A stretch of DNA of 64,000 nucleotides, taken from assembly GCA_031414535.1 (NCBI GenBank), contig JANNVQ010000029.1, positions 160,001 through 224,000 on the forward strand. Direction: 5' to 3'. Origin of the DNA: Gemmatimonas sp. (lineage in GTDB: Bacteria > Gemmatimonadota > Gemmatimonadetes > Gemmatimonadales > Gemmatimonadaceae). The notes under the pieces were generated by a model. The model saw only the letters and a program-made list of their open reading frames with translations, was not told the DNA's origin and searched no databases. Shown here one piece after another: positions 1 through 9,472 of the stretch (within the stretch, counting starts at the first letter, position 1; each line of letters opens with the position of its first letter). A program made the position numbers and the translations under genes.

Positions 1-292
1 CGAACCACGCTGGGCATCGGCGAATGAGTTGGTGTATCTGCGGCGGCGTCTTGGCAAGTACTCGGAGCAGCGCGTGCGCATCGATGCGTCATCGAGCACG
101 CCTGTGGGGAAGCCCGAGTTGCTCTTTGACGATCCACGCTTCGCGGATACGCCTGGGTGGTCGCATTCGCTCGGCAGGAATGGCGAAGTCGTGTACGTCC
201 AGACGCCGGATGAGATCCTAGGCTACTATGTGCGCGTGGTGCCGAACTGGGTGAAGGCGATGAAGCGTGCGGTGAATGAGGCCAATCGATGA
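1..292 (+). CDS. C-terminal end of a beta-propeller sensor protein, probably a Ser/Thr kinase receptor (5'-truncated by the window edge)
   Basis: Frame is open from position 2 (EPRWASANELVY...). Tail FADTPGWSHSLG...YVRVVPNWVKAMKRAVNEANR matches the tail of 23242..25890 (FLDTPGWSNRLS...YLRLMPDFITRMKAAVAAANR). ATGA overlap with the next gene. Confidence 0.75.
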   Translation, partial: EPRWASANELVYLRRRLGKYSEQRVRIDASSSTPVGKPELLFDDPRFADTPGWSHSLGRNGEVVYVQTPDEILGYYVRVVPNWVKAMKRAVNEANR

Positions 293-2994
293 CTGATACT
301 CGCGCACGGCTCAACGCCGCGCTCTCTGACCGCTACCGCATTGAGCGCGAGCTCGGCGCTGGCGGGATGGCCACCGTCTACTTGGCGCACGACCTTAAGC
401 ACGATCGCGATGTTGCTATCAAGGTGCTGCATCCCGACCTAGGCGCGGCTCTCGGCGGTGAACGTTTCTTAAGCGAGATCCGCACAACCGCCCGCTTACA
501 ACACCCGCATATCCTCCCGCTGCTCGACAGTGGCGAGGCGGACACGCTGCTGTACTACGTGATGCCGCTCGTGACCGGCGAAACGCTGCGCGCGCGTCTC
601 GAGCGCGAGCGACAGCTGCCGGTTGCCGATGCGGTGCGCATTGCGCGCGAAGTGGCGAGCGCGCTCGACTACGCGCATCGCCAGGGCGTCATTCATCGCG
701 ACATCAAGCCGGAGAACATCCTTCTGCACGATGGCTCAGCGCTCGTGGCCGACTTTGGCATCGCGCTCGCGGTGCAACAGGCAGGCGGTGCGCGGATGAC
801 GCAGACGGGCCTCAGTCTCGGCACACCGCAGTATATGAGTCCCGAGCAGGCGATGGGCGAACGCAGCATTGATGCGCGCAGCGACATCTATGCGCTTGGT
901 GCGGTGCTCTACGAGATGCTCGCTGGCGATGCACCGTTTATTGGTGGCAGCGTGCAGGCCATTGTGGCCAAGGTGCTGAACGAGAAGCCAACGCCGCTGC
1001 ACACGCTGCGGGATACGGTGCCAGAGTCGGTGGAGACTGCGGTGCTCACCGCTTTGGCCAAGCTTCCTGCGGATCGCCATGCGACAGCGGCGGCATTCTC
1101 CACCGCTCTTGAGGTCACGTCGGCCACGAGCACAACCTCCGGTGCGCGGCGTGCATCTGCCGTGCCTCCGACGCGCACGTCGATGATGTTGCGGTTCGCG
1201 CCTTGGTTGCTGGCTGCAGGACTCGCGCTGGCTCTTGCTTGGCAGAGTCGTGACAGCGCGACGAGCGCCGTGACGAGTCGGCAAATGGTAACTCTGTGGA
1301 AGCAAGCCATCGCCTCTCCACTGGACGTCGGCGCTTCACGGCTCGGCAACGAAGCCGCCATCGCACCTGATGGCTCGACCATCATCTACACTGACTCCTC
1401 GTCCAGCGGTCGCATCCTGATGCGAAAGGCGCGTGACGCCGCCGAGGCTACGCCGATTCCCGGAACGGAGCGTGGGCTGTCGCCCTTCTTCTCCCCTGAC
1501 GGGAAGTGGATTGGATTTCTCACGCAGGATGGCTTTCTACGGAAAGTGCCGGCAGATGGCGGGGCTGGAGCGGTTACGCTGCTGGAGATGAAATCCATAT
1601 CGGCGTATGCGTCGAGTGCTTGGTTGGCGGATGGCAGCATCGTGGTCTATGAAGGTGGGGAAGTCATACGCGTCTCCAGCGACGGCGCGCCGCTTCCGGC
1701 GCCGAACGTCTCAGCAAGTGGTGTTGGCGCGGGCACCGACCAGGGAAACGATGTCGTTGCGCTCAGTGTGCTTCCCGACGCGAGGGGATTCCTCTTTACC
1801 ATCTGCGCGGGTTCCTGTAGCGTCGGCTCCTCCGTGTGGGCGTACGACGCGAAGGCGGACAGTGCCCACCTGCTGTTGCCGCAGGGCTTGGGCGCGTGGT
1901 ATGCACCAACGGGACACCTCGTTTACACGAGTCGAGAGGGCGGCCTGTATGCGAGTCCGTTCGACCTCAAGACCTTGCAGCTCACCGGTGGTTCCTTCTC
2001 CGTCATTGACGGCGTAATCCCGTCGAAGTTCGCGCTCTCGCCGTCGGGTGCTGTGGTGTACTCGATTGATCGCATCGCTGATGCGCCATCGGCGTTGGTT
2101 TGGGTCTCGCGCGACGGGCGCGCGGAGCAGGTGGATTCCAGCTGGCGCGCCGCGTTCGAGTATCCGGCCATTGCGCCGGATGGTCAATCGCTTGCCGTCG
2201 GATTGCGCGACAAATCCACAGAGCTGTGGATTTGGCGGAACGATAGGACTCGGCGCCGGATACGGTCCAACGTCGAGCTGAACTGGCGGCCTTCGTGGAG
2301 CAGTGACGGGCAGTCGTTGGCGTACGTGGCGATTCGCGAGCCGGAAGGGGGCGAACCGCTGTTGGCCTTGCCAATGATCACGCGGGCCGATGGCACAGGC
2401 TCAGCGGTGCCATTGGATTCCTCTCCCGGTCGCAATTACTTCGAAGTTGAGCTGTCGCGCGACGGGGAGTGGGTGGTGTTTCGCGTGGACGAGAGAGGCA
2501 GCGCTCTCGCGCGCGGCTCGAAGATGTACTACCGCCGCCGCTCTGGCGATACCACGCTACGTGTGGTGCCAACGGGCGAGGGCTCGGCGCTGCAGCCCGC
2601 GCTCTCACCCGATGGCAAGTGGTTGGCGTATGGAGCTGGCGCATTGGTGGGTAGCCGAGAAATCATCGTGCAGTCCTTTCCGGATGCAGAGCAACGCGTG
2701 GTCGTATCAGAAGAGGGCGGCTCGGAGCCGAGGTGGTCGGCCAATGGCCGCGAACTCTTCTTCAGGCGCGGCGGGCAGATGATGGTGGTCTCGGTGCCGC
2801 CTGAACCCGTCTTCTCACCGGGGCCCGCACGCGCGCTCTTCTCAGCCGTCGGTTACCGCGCCGCGCGCAATCGCCCGCAGTACGACGTGACTCCCGATGG
2901 TCAGCGCTTCTTGATGATTCGCGAGAACTCGGCGTCGCAGGTGGTTTATGTCGAGAATTGGTTCACCGAGTTGCTGGCGAAGGCTAAGCAGTGA
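289..2994 (+). CDS. Hanks-type Ser/Thr protein kinase with TM helix and TolB/PD40-like beta-propeller
   Basis: GAGGMATVY, VAIKVL, HRDIKPENIL, DFGIA, GTPQYMSPEQ; hydrophobic helix FAPWLLAAGLALALAW; repeated SPDG/WSxDG motifs. Confidence 0.95.
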   Translation: MTDTRARLNAALSDRYRIERELGAGGMATVYLAHDLKHDRDVAIKVLHPDLGAALGGERFLSEIRTTARLQHPHILPLLDSGEADTLLYYVMPLVTGETLRARLERERQLPVADAVRIAREVASALDYAHRQGVIHRDIKPENILLHDGSALVADFGIALAVQQAGGARMTQTGLSLGTPQYMSPEQAMGERSIDARSDIYALGAVLYEMLAGDAPFIGGSVQAIVAKVLNEKPTPLHTLRDTVPESVETAVLTALAKLPADRHATAAAFSTALEVTSATSTTSGARRASAVPPTRTSMMLRFAPWLLAAGLALALAWQSRDSATSAVTSRQMVTLWKQAIASPLDVGASRLGNEAAIAPDGSTIIYTDSSSSGRILMRKARDAAEATPIPGTERGLSPFFSPDGKWIGFLTQDGFLRKVPADGGAGAVTLLEMKSISAYASSAWLADGSIVVYEGGEVIRVSSDGAPLPAPNVSASGVGAGTDQGNDVVALSVLPDARGFLFTICAGSCSVGSSVWAYDAKADSAHLLLPQGLGAWYAPTGHLVYTSREGGLYASPFDLKTLQLTGGSFSVIDGVIPSKFALSPSGAVVYSIDRIADAPSALVWVSRDGRAEQVDSSWRAAFEYPAIAPDGQSLAVGLRDKSTELWIWRNDRTRRRIRSNVELNWRPSWSSDGQSLAYVAIREPEGGEPLLALPMITRADGTGSAVPLDSSPGRNYFEVELSRDGEWVVFRVDERGSALARGSKMYYRRRSGDTTLRVVPTGEGSALQPALSPDGKWLAYGAGALVGSREIIVQSFPDAEQRVVVSEEGGSEPRWSANGRELFFRRGGQMMVVSVPPEPVFSPGPARALFSAVGYRAARNRPQYDVTPDGQRFLMIRENSASQVVYVENWFTELLAKAKQ

Positions 2995-3030
2995 AGGTTC
3001 AGTCGTGAACGTCACCCCCAAGCAAGACTA

Positions 3031-5673
3031 ATGAACGCCATCACGCAGCGTCTTTCCCTCGCCCTCGCCGACCGCTACCGCATCGAACGCGAGCTCGGCA
3101 TGGGTGGTATGGCCACGGTCTACCTCGCTCACGACATCAAGCACGACCGCAAGGTCGCCGTAAAGGTCCTCAAGCCTGAACTGGCCGCCGTACTCGGCGC
3201 CGAACGCTTCGTGGTGGAGATCAAGACCACGGCCAGTATGAGCCATCCGCACATCCTGCCGCTCTTCGACAGTGGCACTTCGGATGGCTTCCTGTTCTAT
3301 GTGATGCCGTACGTGGAAGGCGAGACGCTGCGCGACACGCTGAATCGCGAGAATCAGCTTGGCATTGATGACGCGGTGCGCATCGCGCGAGAAGTGCTCG
3401 ATGCGCTGCACTACGCACATTCACGCGGCGTCATTCATCGCGATATCAAGCCGGAGAACATCCTGATGCAGGGTGGCCGGCCGATGGTGGCGGACTTCGG
3501 CATTGCGCTCGCGGTGTCAGCGGCGGCTGGTGGTCGTATGACCGAGACCGGCCTCTCGCTGGGTACGCCGCACTATATGAGCCCGGAGCAGGCGACCGCC
3601 GAGAAGGAGATTACGGCGCGGGCGGACGTGTACTCGCTCGCGAGCGTGCTCTACGAGATGCTCACCGGCGAGCCGCCGCATATGGGCACCTCGGCGCAGC
3701 AGATCATCATGAAGATCATCACCGAGCCTGCAGGGGCGGTGACCAAGTTGAGAAAATCCGTGCCGCCGCACGTGGCGGCCGCGGTGGGGAAGGCCTTGGA
3801 GAAGTTGCCGGCTGATTGCTTTGAGAGCGCGAAGGCATTCCGCGAGGCATTGGGTGATCCTGGGTTCACCGTGGCGGGCACGGCGGCGGCGGGAGTCACA
3901 TCCAAGGCATCGCGCGGCAGCAGAGTGGGATTGCTGATGGGCTGGGCAGTCGCTGCGATTGCGCTGGCGGCGGCAGTGGCGTTGTGGATGCGTCCCGCAC
4001 CAGAGCAACTGTTTCGGCGATTCGATCTCGTGACTGGCGATCTCGTCCCCCGCGTGCAATCGGACATCGCCATTTCGCCTGATGGAAGCAAGCTAGCGAT
4101 GGCAGGGACGGTGGGCGGTGAGACGGCCATCTATATCCGCAATCTTGATGGCGATGCGGAGTTTCGGAAACTCGCTGGTACTGAGAATGGCGTCCTCCCA
4201 GACTTCTCACCGGATGGTGAGTGGATCGTGTTCCGGCGGGATAGCGACAAGTCCCTCGTGAAGATTTTGGCGAGCGGTGGCGGCGCCGTCACCCTCGTGA
4301 CCAGTGGGGCGGTCGATCCCTACTTTCCGCAGTGGGAGACGCCTGATCGAATCATCTTCACCACCTTCAGGGAAGTCTACAGCGTTGGTATCGGCGGCGG
4401 GGAGCTCACGCCCCTGCCCAAGGTGACCTGGGGCCGAATTTCTGTGTTGCCCGATGGGAGCGGCGTGCTGCACTCAGACGGTGACGTAAGGCTCTACGAT
4501 TTCGCCACGGACTCCTCCTACCTCTTGGTTCCCGGCGGCGTCGCTCCCACTTACGTGTCTACCGGACACCTCCTCTATGTAGCCAGCGAGGGCGGCCTCT
4601 TTGCTGTGCGGCTCAACCTTGCGACTCACGCTGTGGAGGGGTCACCGGTACGCGTGCTCGAGCGCGTGGGAGCGGGAACGCTTGCGCGCGGTTATTCGAT
4701 GTCGGCAACTGGTGTCCTCGTACAGAGGGATGCGGACGGTGCGGCCAGTTTGAACTTCAACAGCCTCGTCATTGTAGATCCGGGTAAGGGCGCGGATACG
4801 CTTCGCTTGCCACCAGCCCGCCGTGCGAAGATGCGCTTCTCTCCTGACGGGCGCTCCCTCGCGATAGAGGTTTCTAAACCCGATGCGGACACCGACATCT
4901 ACTCGCTCGATCTCGTGACCGGCACATATACCCAGCTCACTTTTGAGGGAGATAACGACGAGGCGATTTGGTCACCGGATGCGAAGCGGTTGCTTTTTGA
5001 TATGCGCGTGCAGGCAAGTCCAGCTGGCGAGGATCTCCACATCAAGCCGGCAGACAACAGTGCCGCGCCGCGCCGCCTGACGATGCTCGGGGCGCAGGAG
5101 CTGTCGGCGTCGCAATGGCTCAGCGATACGCTCTTGCTCTTTGAGGCGATCTCTGCGGGTCGGGGCTACGACCTGTTCACCATCAAGTCCGACTCCGGCA
5201 GCGTACCGGTGCCCTATCTGCAGACACCAGCCAACGAAACTGAGGCGCGCATCTCTCCGGACCGGAAACTCATCAGCTACACGTCTGATGAAGGAGGCCA
5301 GCAGGTGTGGATGCGAGACTTCCCCATTCCGCAGGGCAAGTGGAGTATCTCCCAAGGTCGAGGGCGCGCTGCGCGCTGGTCATCCGACGGGCAATACGTG
5401 TACTTCTGGAGAGGCGCCACGCCGCTGGACTCCCTGTTCCGCGTTCGCGTGGAGCGTACGCCGAATATCGTCGTGCGGGCGCCGGAGTTGGTCCTCGCCA
5501 CAGACGTTGTCGATATCAGCGCCTGGGATCTCCATCCCGATGGACGGCGCTTCATTGTCAGTGTGCCCACGAGCACCGGCACGTCCGCGGCTCGTGGATC
5601 GTCTTCCCGATATTTGATCCTGCAGAACTTCTTCAGCGAGTTGAATCGGCTTACCACTCCTCGGCCGAAGTAG
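3031..5673 (+). CDS. Hanks-type Ser/Thr protein kinase with TM helix and TolB/PD40-like beta-propeller
   Basis: GMGGMATVY, HRDIKPEN, DFG, GTPHYMSPEQ; TM LLMGWAVAAIALAAAVALW; SPDG repeats. Confidence 0.95.
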   Translation: MNAITQRLSLALADRYRIERELGMGGMATVYLAHDIKHDRKVAVKVLKPELAAVLGAERFVVEIKTTASMSHPHILPLFDSGTSDGFLFYVMPYVEGETLRDTLNRENQLGIDDAVRIAREVLDALHYAHSRGVIHRDIKPENILMQGGRPMVADFGIALAVSAAAGGRMTETGLSLGTPHYMSPEQATAEKEITARADVYSLASVLYEMLTGEPPHMGTSAQQIIMKIITEPAGAVTKLRKSVPPHVAAAVGKALEKLPADCFESAKAFREALGDPGFTVAGTAAAGVTSKASRGSRVGLLMGWAVAAIALAAAVALWMRPAPEQLFRRFDLVTGDLVPRVQSDIAISPDGSKLAMAGTVGGETAIYIRNLDGDAEFRKLAGTENGVLPDFSPDGEWIVFRRDSDKSLVKILASGGGAVTLVTSGAVDPYFPQWETPDRIIFTTFREVYSVGIGGGELTPLPKVTWGRISVLPDGSGVLHSDGDVRLYDFATDSSYLLVPGGVAPTYVSTGHLLYVASEGGLFAVRLNLATHAVEGSPVRVLERVGAGTLARGYSMSATGVLVQRDADGAASLNFNSLVIVDPGKGADTLRLPPARRAKMRFSPDGRSLAIEVSKPDADTDIYSLDLVTGTYTQLTFEGDNDEAIWSPDAKRLLFDMRVQASPAGEDLHIKPADNSAAPRRLTMLGAQELSASQWLSDTLLLFEAISAGRGYDLFTIKSDSGSVPVPYLQTPANETEARISPDRKLISYTSDEGGQQVWMRDFPIPQGKWSISQGRGRAARWSSDGQYVYFWRGATPLDSLFRVRVERTPNIVVRAPELVLATDVVDISAWDLHPDGRRFIVSVPTSTGTSAARGSSSRYLILQNFFSELNRLTTPRPK

Positions 5674-5674
5674 C

Positions 5675-6871
5675 TCAGTCCCCAGGGAGGAACGCCCAAA
5701 GCGCGGGGCGTCCCACGTTGCAGTGCACTACGCGCGAGATCGGCGAGAGCGTACCCCAGCCGAGCCAGAGCGCGTGCCGTGCGACGTGATGTGCGTGCCA
5801 CCAGCGCAGCGCCTTCGCGCTGCCGCTGGCGGCCTGCGCTGAGCTCAATCGCGCCAGTCGGTTGCTGCGCGCGGGCACGGGGTGGAAGATCGTCTCGACG
5901 CCGGCGGAGCGCGCCGCTTCGTCGTCCTGCCAGCGATCCAGCTGCTCAACGGCGCTCTGCAGCGAGCGGGCTTCTCCATCAGCCGCTGTCGCCTGGTCCA
6001 AGGCATACACAGCGGCTCGCGACGGCGTAGGAAGCACGAGCACGCCCACGAACGCCCAGAGCGTCATGCCAGCCGCCATCGTGAGCAGGCTCGCCGCGCT
6101 TCCGAGCGTGTCGCCGCTGAGCGCAATCACCAGGCATAAGCCAAGCGTGTTCCACGCAATCGCCGCCAACACGCCTCGCAAATGCGCGCCCGATTCCACG
6201 ATGATGCGACGTCGCTTGAGCGTGGCGAGCAGTGCATCGTCCGGTAGAGACAGCCACGTCGCCGGCAGCAACAAGCGGCGCGGCACGATGCCGCTCCATC
6301 CACCGACGAATCCTTCGTCGTTGCTTTTGAGCGCGAGAATACGCTCAGGCGATATGCCGGCGAGCTCTGCGATGCGGCGGTCACGCGCCGAAAGCGGTTG
6401 CGGCGTGAAGGACGCAATGACGCGAGCCAACGGAGCGCGCAGCGCGGCGAGAACGTACTGTAGCAGCACAAAGCATCCGATGGCAGCAGCGGTGCCGCCG
6501 GCCCGCGCCGCGGCGATCAGTAGGCTAGCCGAGAGCATCCAGATGGCGAACTGCATTGCCGCGCCGCGAATCCAACGCCCGAGGAAGGCTGCAACGGATG
6601 GGCGACCACGGACGACTACGGCACCGCCCATCACGTCGAATGGAAATAGAGCCGCGAGTCCGACCACCAAAACCAACGCGAGCGAAGCGAGGGCCTCGGA
6701 CAGCGGTTGACTGACGGAGTTGGACAGGGTCCGTGTCGGTACATCGAAGGCCAGCAGAGCGGTCGCCAACAATACTGATGTACCGACGCCACAGATGCCG
6801 ATGTAGAGGCGCGAGCGCGCATAGCTGAGGCGAGAGGGAGCGCTTGGGGAACTGAGTGCGGGGGTTGCCAT
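5675..6871 (-). CDS. Polytopic membrane protein resembling an M48/Ste24 peptidase that has lost its zinc ligands
   Basis: Several hydrophobic helices. LSLPDDALLATLKRRRII sits where LxxxELxAVLAHELGH is expected, SRAAVYALD where SRxxEYxAD is expected, and IFHPVPARSNRLARL resembles the HP...R tail. Confidence 0.65.
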   Translation of the reverse strand: MATPALSSPSAPSRLSYARSRLYIGICGVGTSVLLATALLAFDVPTRTLSNSVSQPLSEALASLALVLVVGLAALFPFDVMGGAVVVRGRPSVAAFLGRWIRGAAMQFAIWMLSASLLIAAARAGGTAAAIGCFVLLQYVLAALRAPLARVIASFTPQPLSARDRRIAELAGISPERILALKSNDEGFVGGWSGIVPRRLLLPATWLSLPDDALLATLKRRRIIVESGAHLRGVLAAIAWNTLGLCLVIALSGDTLGSAASLLTMAAGMTLWAFVGVLVLPTPSRAAVYALDQATAADGEARSLQSAVEQLDRWQDDEAARSAGVETIFHPVPARSNRLARLSSAQAASGSAKALRWWHAHHVARHALWLGWGTLSPISRVVHCNVGRPALWAFLPGD

Positions 6872-6947
6872 GTAACGTGAACGTTCAAGACAGCCGGGTA
6901 GTGCGCGAGATCACTGTCCATGTCGGCTCCGCGGGGTAGAATGAAGA

Positions 6948-8162
6948 ATGACTCGTCACGCCCTGTTCGCCTTCGCAGCGCTTTCCGTGCTCGGCACTGC
7001 CTGTTCGGACTCCGGTAGTCCCGTTATCGATGACACGCCGTCGTCTACCATTGTCCCGACGCTCACGCGCGTGGTGCTGCTGTCGGGCCGCAGCAATCCC
7101 TGGGACATGGCCTTCGCATCCGACGGCACGATGTTCTTCACGGAGAAGTGCGGTGGACTCTCCGTGCGGCGGACGGATGGCTCCATCACCAAGCTCTTTG
7201 GCCCAGGCGGCGCACTGACAGCGCCGGACTTCTTCTGCGCGGGCCAAAGCGGCATGCACGGCGTAGCACTCGATCCGGCCTTCGCCACGAATCGGCGCAT
7301 CTACGTATTTATGGCCTCGAACCTCACGACGTCGCCGCGCAGCAATCGCGTGGTACGCCTTGAGGTGAATGCCGCATACACGAGCGTCAGTGCGCGCACC
7401 GACATCATCACGGACATCGCCTTCAAGAATGCCGCCACGGCCAATGGCGGCGAAGGCTCCCACAGCGGAGGGCGCATTCGCTTTGGTCCAGACGGCTTTC
7501 TCTACGTCACCACGGGCGACAACCACAGCGGGAGCTTGCCGCAGAGCCCAACACTGCTTGGCGGGAAAGTTCTCCGAGTGACGACGACAGGAACTGCGGC
7601 GCCAGGCAACAACGCGCCCGCTGGCTTCGATGCCCGCATCTACACCTACGGGCACCGCAACGTGCAGGGCATCACCTTCCGCCAAGGCACGGGACAGCCA
7701 TTCGTCTCTGAGCACGGCCCCAATCACAGCGATGAAGTCACGCCGCTCGTATCAGGCGGGAATGGCGGCTGGGATCCGCAGAACCGCGCCGGCCTCAGTT
7801 GCCCCGACGGCTACTGTGGCTATTCAGGAAACGCCAGCACGATGCCGATGACGGATCGCACGCGATTTCCCTCGGCTATGCTGCCGAGCTGGACCAACAC
7901 CGGGCAGTCGCAGGGCATGGGGCCCGCCACATTTCTGAATGGGCCGCAGTGGGGCGCGTGGAACGGGCGGCTCGCGGTGGGCATTATGGGCGGCCAGCGA
8001 CTCGTCATCCTCGACCTCAACGCGGCCGGCATCGCAGTAGAGGCGACGAATGCGCCATTGCCGGCGGTGAGATATCGCGCGCTGGTGCAGGGGCCCGATG
8101 GCGACTTGTACGTGGCTACGGATGCCGGAGAGATTTGGCGGGTGACGCCGTCGGGAAGCTAA
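6948..8162 (+). CDS. PQQ-dependent soluble sugar dehydrogenase (GSDH/YliI-like), lipoprotein
   Basis: Lipobox LGTAC; PWDMAF, HSGGRIRFGPDG, GKVLR, YGHRNVQG, EHGP motifs. Confidence 0.9.
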   Translation: MTRHALFAFAALSVLGTACSDSGSPVIDDTPSSTIVPTLTRVVLLSGRSNPWDMAFASDGTMFFTEKCGGLSVRRTDGSITKLFGPGGALTAPDFFCAGQSGMHGVALDPAFATNRRIYVFMASNLTTSPRSNRVVRLEVNAAYTSVSARTDIITDIAFKNAATANGGEGSHSGGRIRFGPDGFLYVTTGDNHSGSLPQSPTLLGGKVLRVTTTGTAAPGNNAPAGFDARIYTYGHRNVQGITFRQGTGQPFVSEHGPNHSDEVTPLVSGGNGGWDPQNRAGLSCPDGYCGYSGNASTMPMTDRTRFPSAMLPSWTNTGQSQGMGPATFLNGPQWGAWNGRLAVGIMGGQRLVILDLNAAGIAVEATNAPLPAVRYRALVQGPDGDLYVATDAGEIWRVTPSGS

Positions 8163-8211
8163 GGCACGAGCTCTAAGAATCAAGCGAGAGCGGCGCTGGC
8201 TATCTTTCCGC

Positions 8212-9432
8212 ATGGTCATTGCGCGTCAGTTGCCACTTCTTGCCGCCGCCGTTCTCGTCACGGGTTCTCCATTTGTTGGCCGCGCCCAGGACGAGCCACC
8301 GCAGCGCGGTGAAGGCTCCGTCGTCTCCTACAGCGCGCGCCCAGACGTCGCGGTGACGCTCAGCGGATATCTCCAAGCCGATGGCCGTTGGCTCTCCGGC
8401 GCCACGCAAGTTCTCCCCGATGGCTTCGTGCTCAGACGAGCGCGCTTCATCGTGGACGCCACTTTGCCAAGCGGCTGGCACCTTCGCCTTCAGCCAGACT
8501 TCGGTCAGGGCCGCGTCGTCGTTCAGGACGCCTATGTTGGACTCGAACGCGCCGGGATGTTGTTGCGCGTCGGCCGCTTCCGCCCGAACTACGGTCTGGA
8601 GCGCATGCAGTCCTCAAGCACGCTGCTGTTTCCCGAGCGCTCGCTCATCAACTCCTTGGTACCGAGCCGTTCGTTCGGCACGCAGCTGCGTGTAACCCGT
8701 GGTGCTTGGACCGTGGCCACGGGAGGTTTCCGCACGCCCATCGGTACGGATGCCGCGGCGATTGATACTGACGGCGACGTAGAAGCGACTATTGGCTCAG
8801 GTCACGATCTGTTGCTGCGCACGGCTTGGGCTTGGCGCCGAGAAGCGAGCTACGCGGACGTGCAGGTGTCGATACTCGAGGGCCGTGAGCGCGGTTCCCT
8901 CGACTCTCCGGCCATGGCCCGTATTCTTACAGTGGGGCAGCAGCCCATCGCGGCCTTCCGCAACGACGGGACTGCTGCCGGTACCGTGGTCTCATCCGGC
9001 ACGCGCCGTCGCGCGGCAGCGGGTGCCATCGTCGGCACGGGACGCACGATGCTCGCGCTCGAGGGCGCAATGCTCAGCCAGCGCGGTGCGCTCAATGGCG
9101 TGGCGGGAAGCGTGACGACGATGGGCTACGTCCTGCGCACGCATCGTGTGTGGAACGGGCGCCAGTTGCCCTCGCAGGATATCGTGCCCGCATCGGTGCG
9201 CGGCGCGTTTGAAGCCGGCCTGCGCGTCGGCGCGCTCGGCAACTGGGGCGATGGCGCGGGAACCCTCCTGAGCGCAAGATCTGAGCGACGTGCAGCGAGC
9301 GCCGGTATCGCCTTCGGATGGGTGCCGAGCTCGCTTACGCGTCTCTCAATGTCGTATGATGCCACAGCAACCGACCGCCTGCGGCGAGTGAAGGAGCACG
9401 CGTTGATGTTCCGCGTGCAGCAGGCGTTCTGA
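8212..9432 (+). CDS. Phosphate-selective porin OprO/OprP family
   Basis: Signal peptide; GYLQADGR, LRRAR, QPDFG, DAYV, GRF..GLERMQSS, FPERS; terminal Phe (RVQQAF). Confidence 0.8.
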   Translation: MVIARQLPLLAAAVLVTGSPFVGRAQDEPPQRGEGSVVSYSARPDVAVTLSGYLQADGRWLSGATQVLPDGFVLRRARFIVDATLPSGWHLRLQPDFGQGRVVVQDAYVGLERAGMLLRVGRFRPNYGLERMQSSSTLLFPERSLINSLVPSRSFGTQLRVTRGAWTVATGGFRTPIGTDAAAIDTDGDVEATIGSGHDLLLRTAWAWRREASYADVQVSILEGRERGSLDSPAMARILTVGQQPIAAFRNDGTAAGTVVSSGTRRRAAAGAIVGTGRTMLALEGAMLSQRGALNGVAGSVTTMGYVLRTHRVWNGRQLPSQDIVPASVRGAFEAGLRVGALGNWGDGAGTLLSARSERRAASAGIAFGWVPSSLTRLSMSYDATATDRLRRVKEHALMFRVQQAF

Positions 9433-9472
9433 ATTCGTAGTAGGCTTCCATAACCCGCACGGAGCTTGCCCA

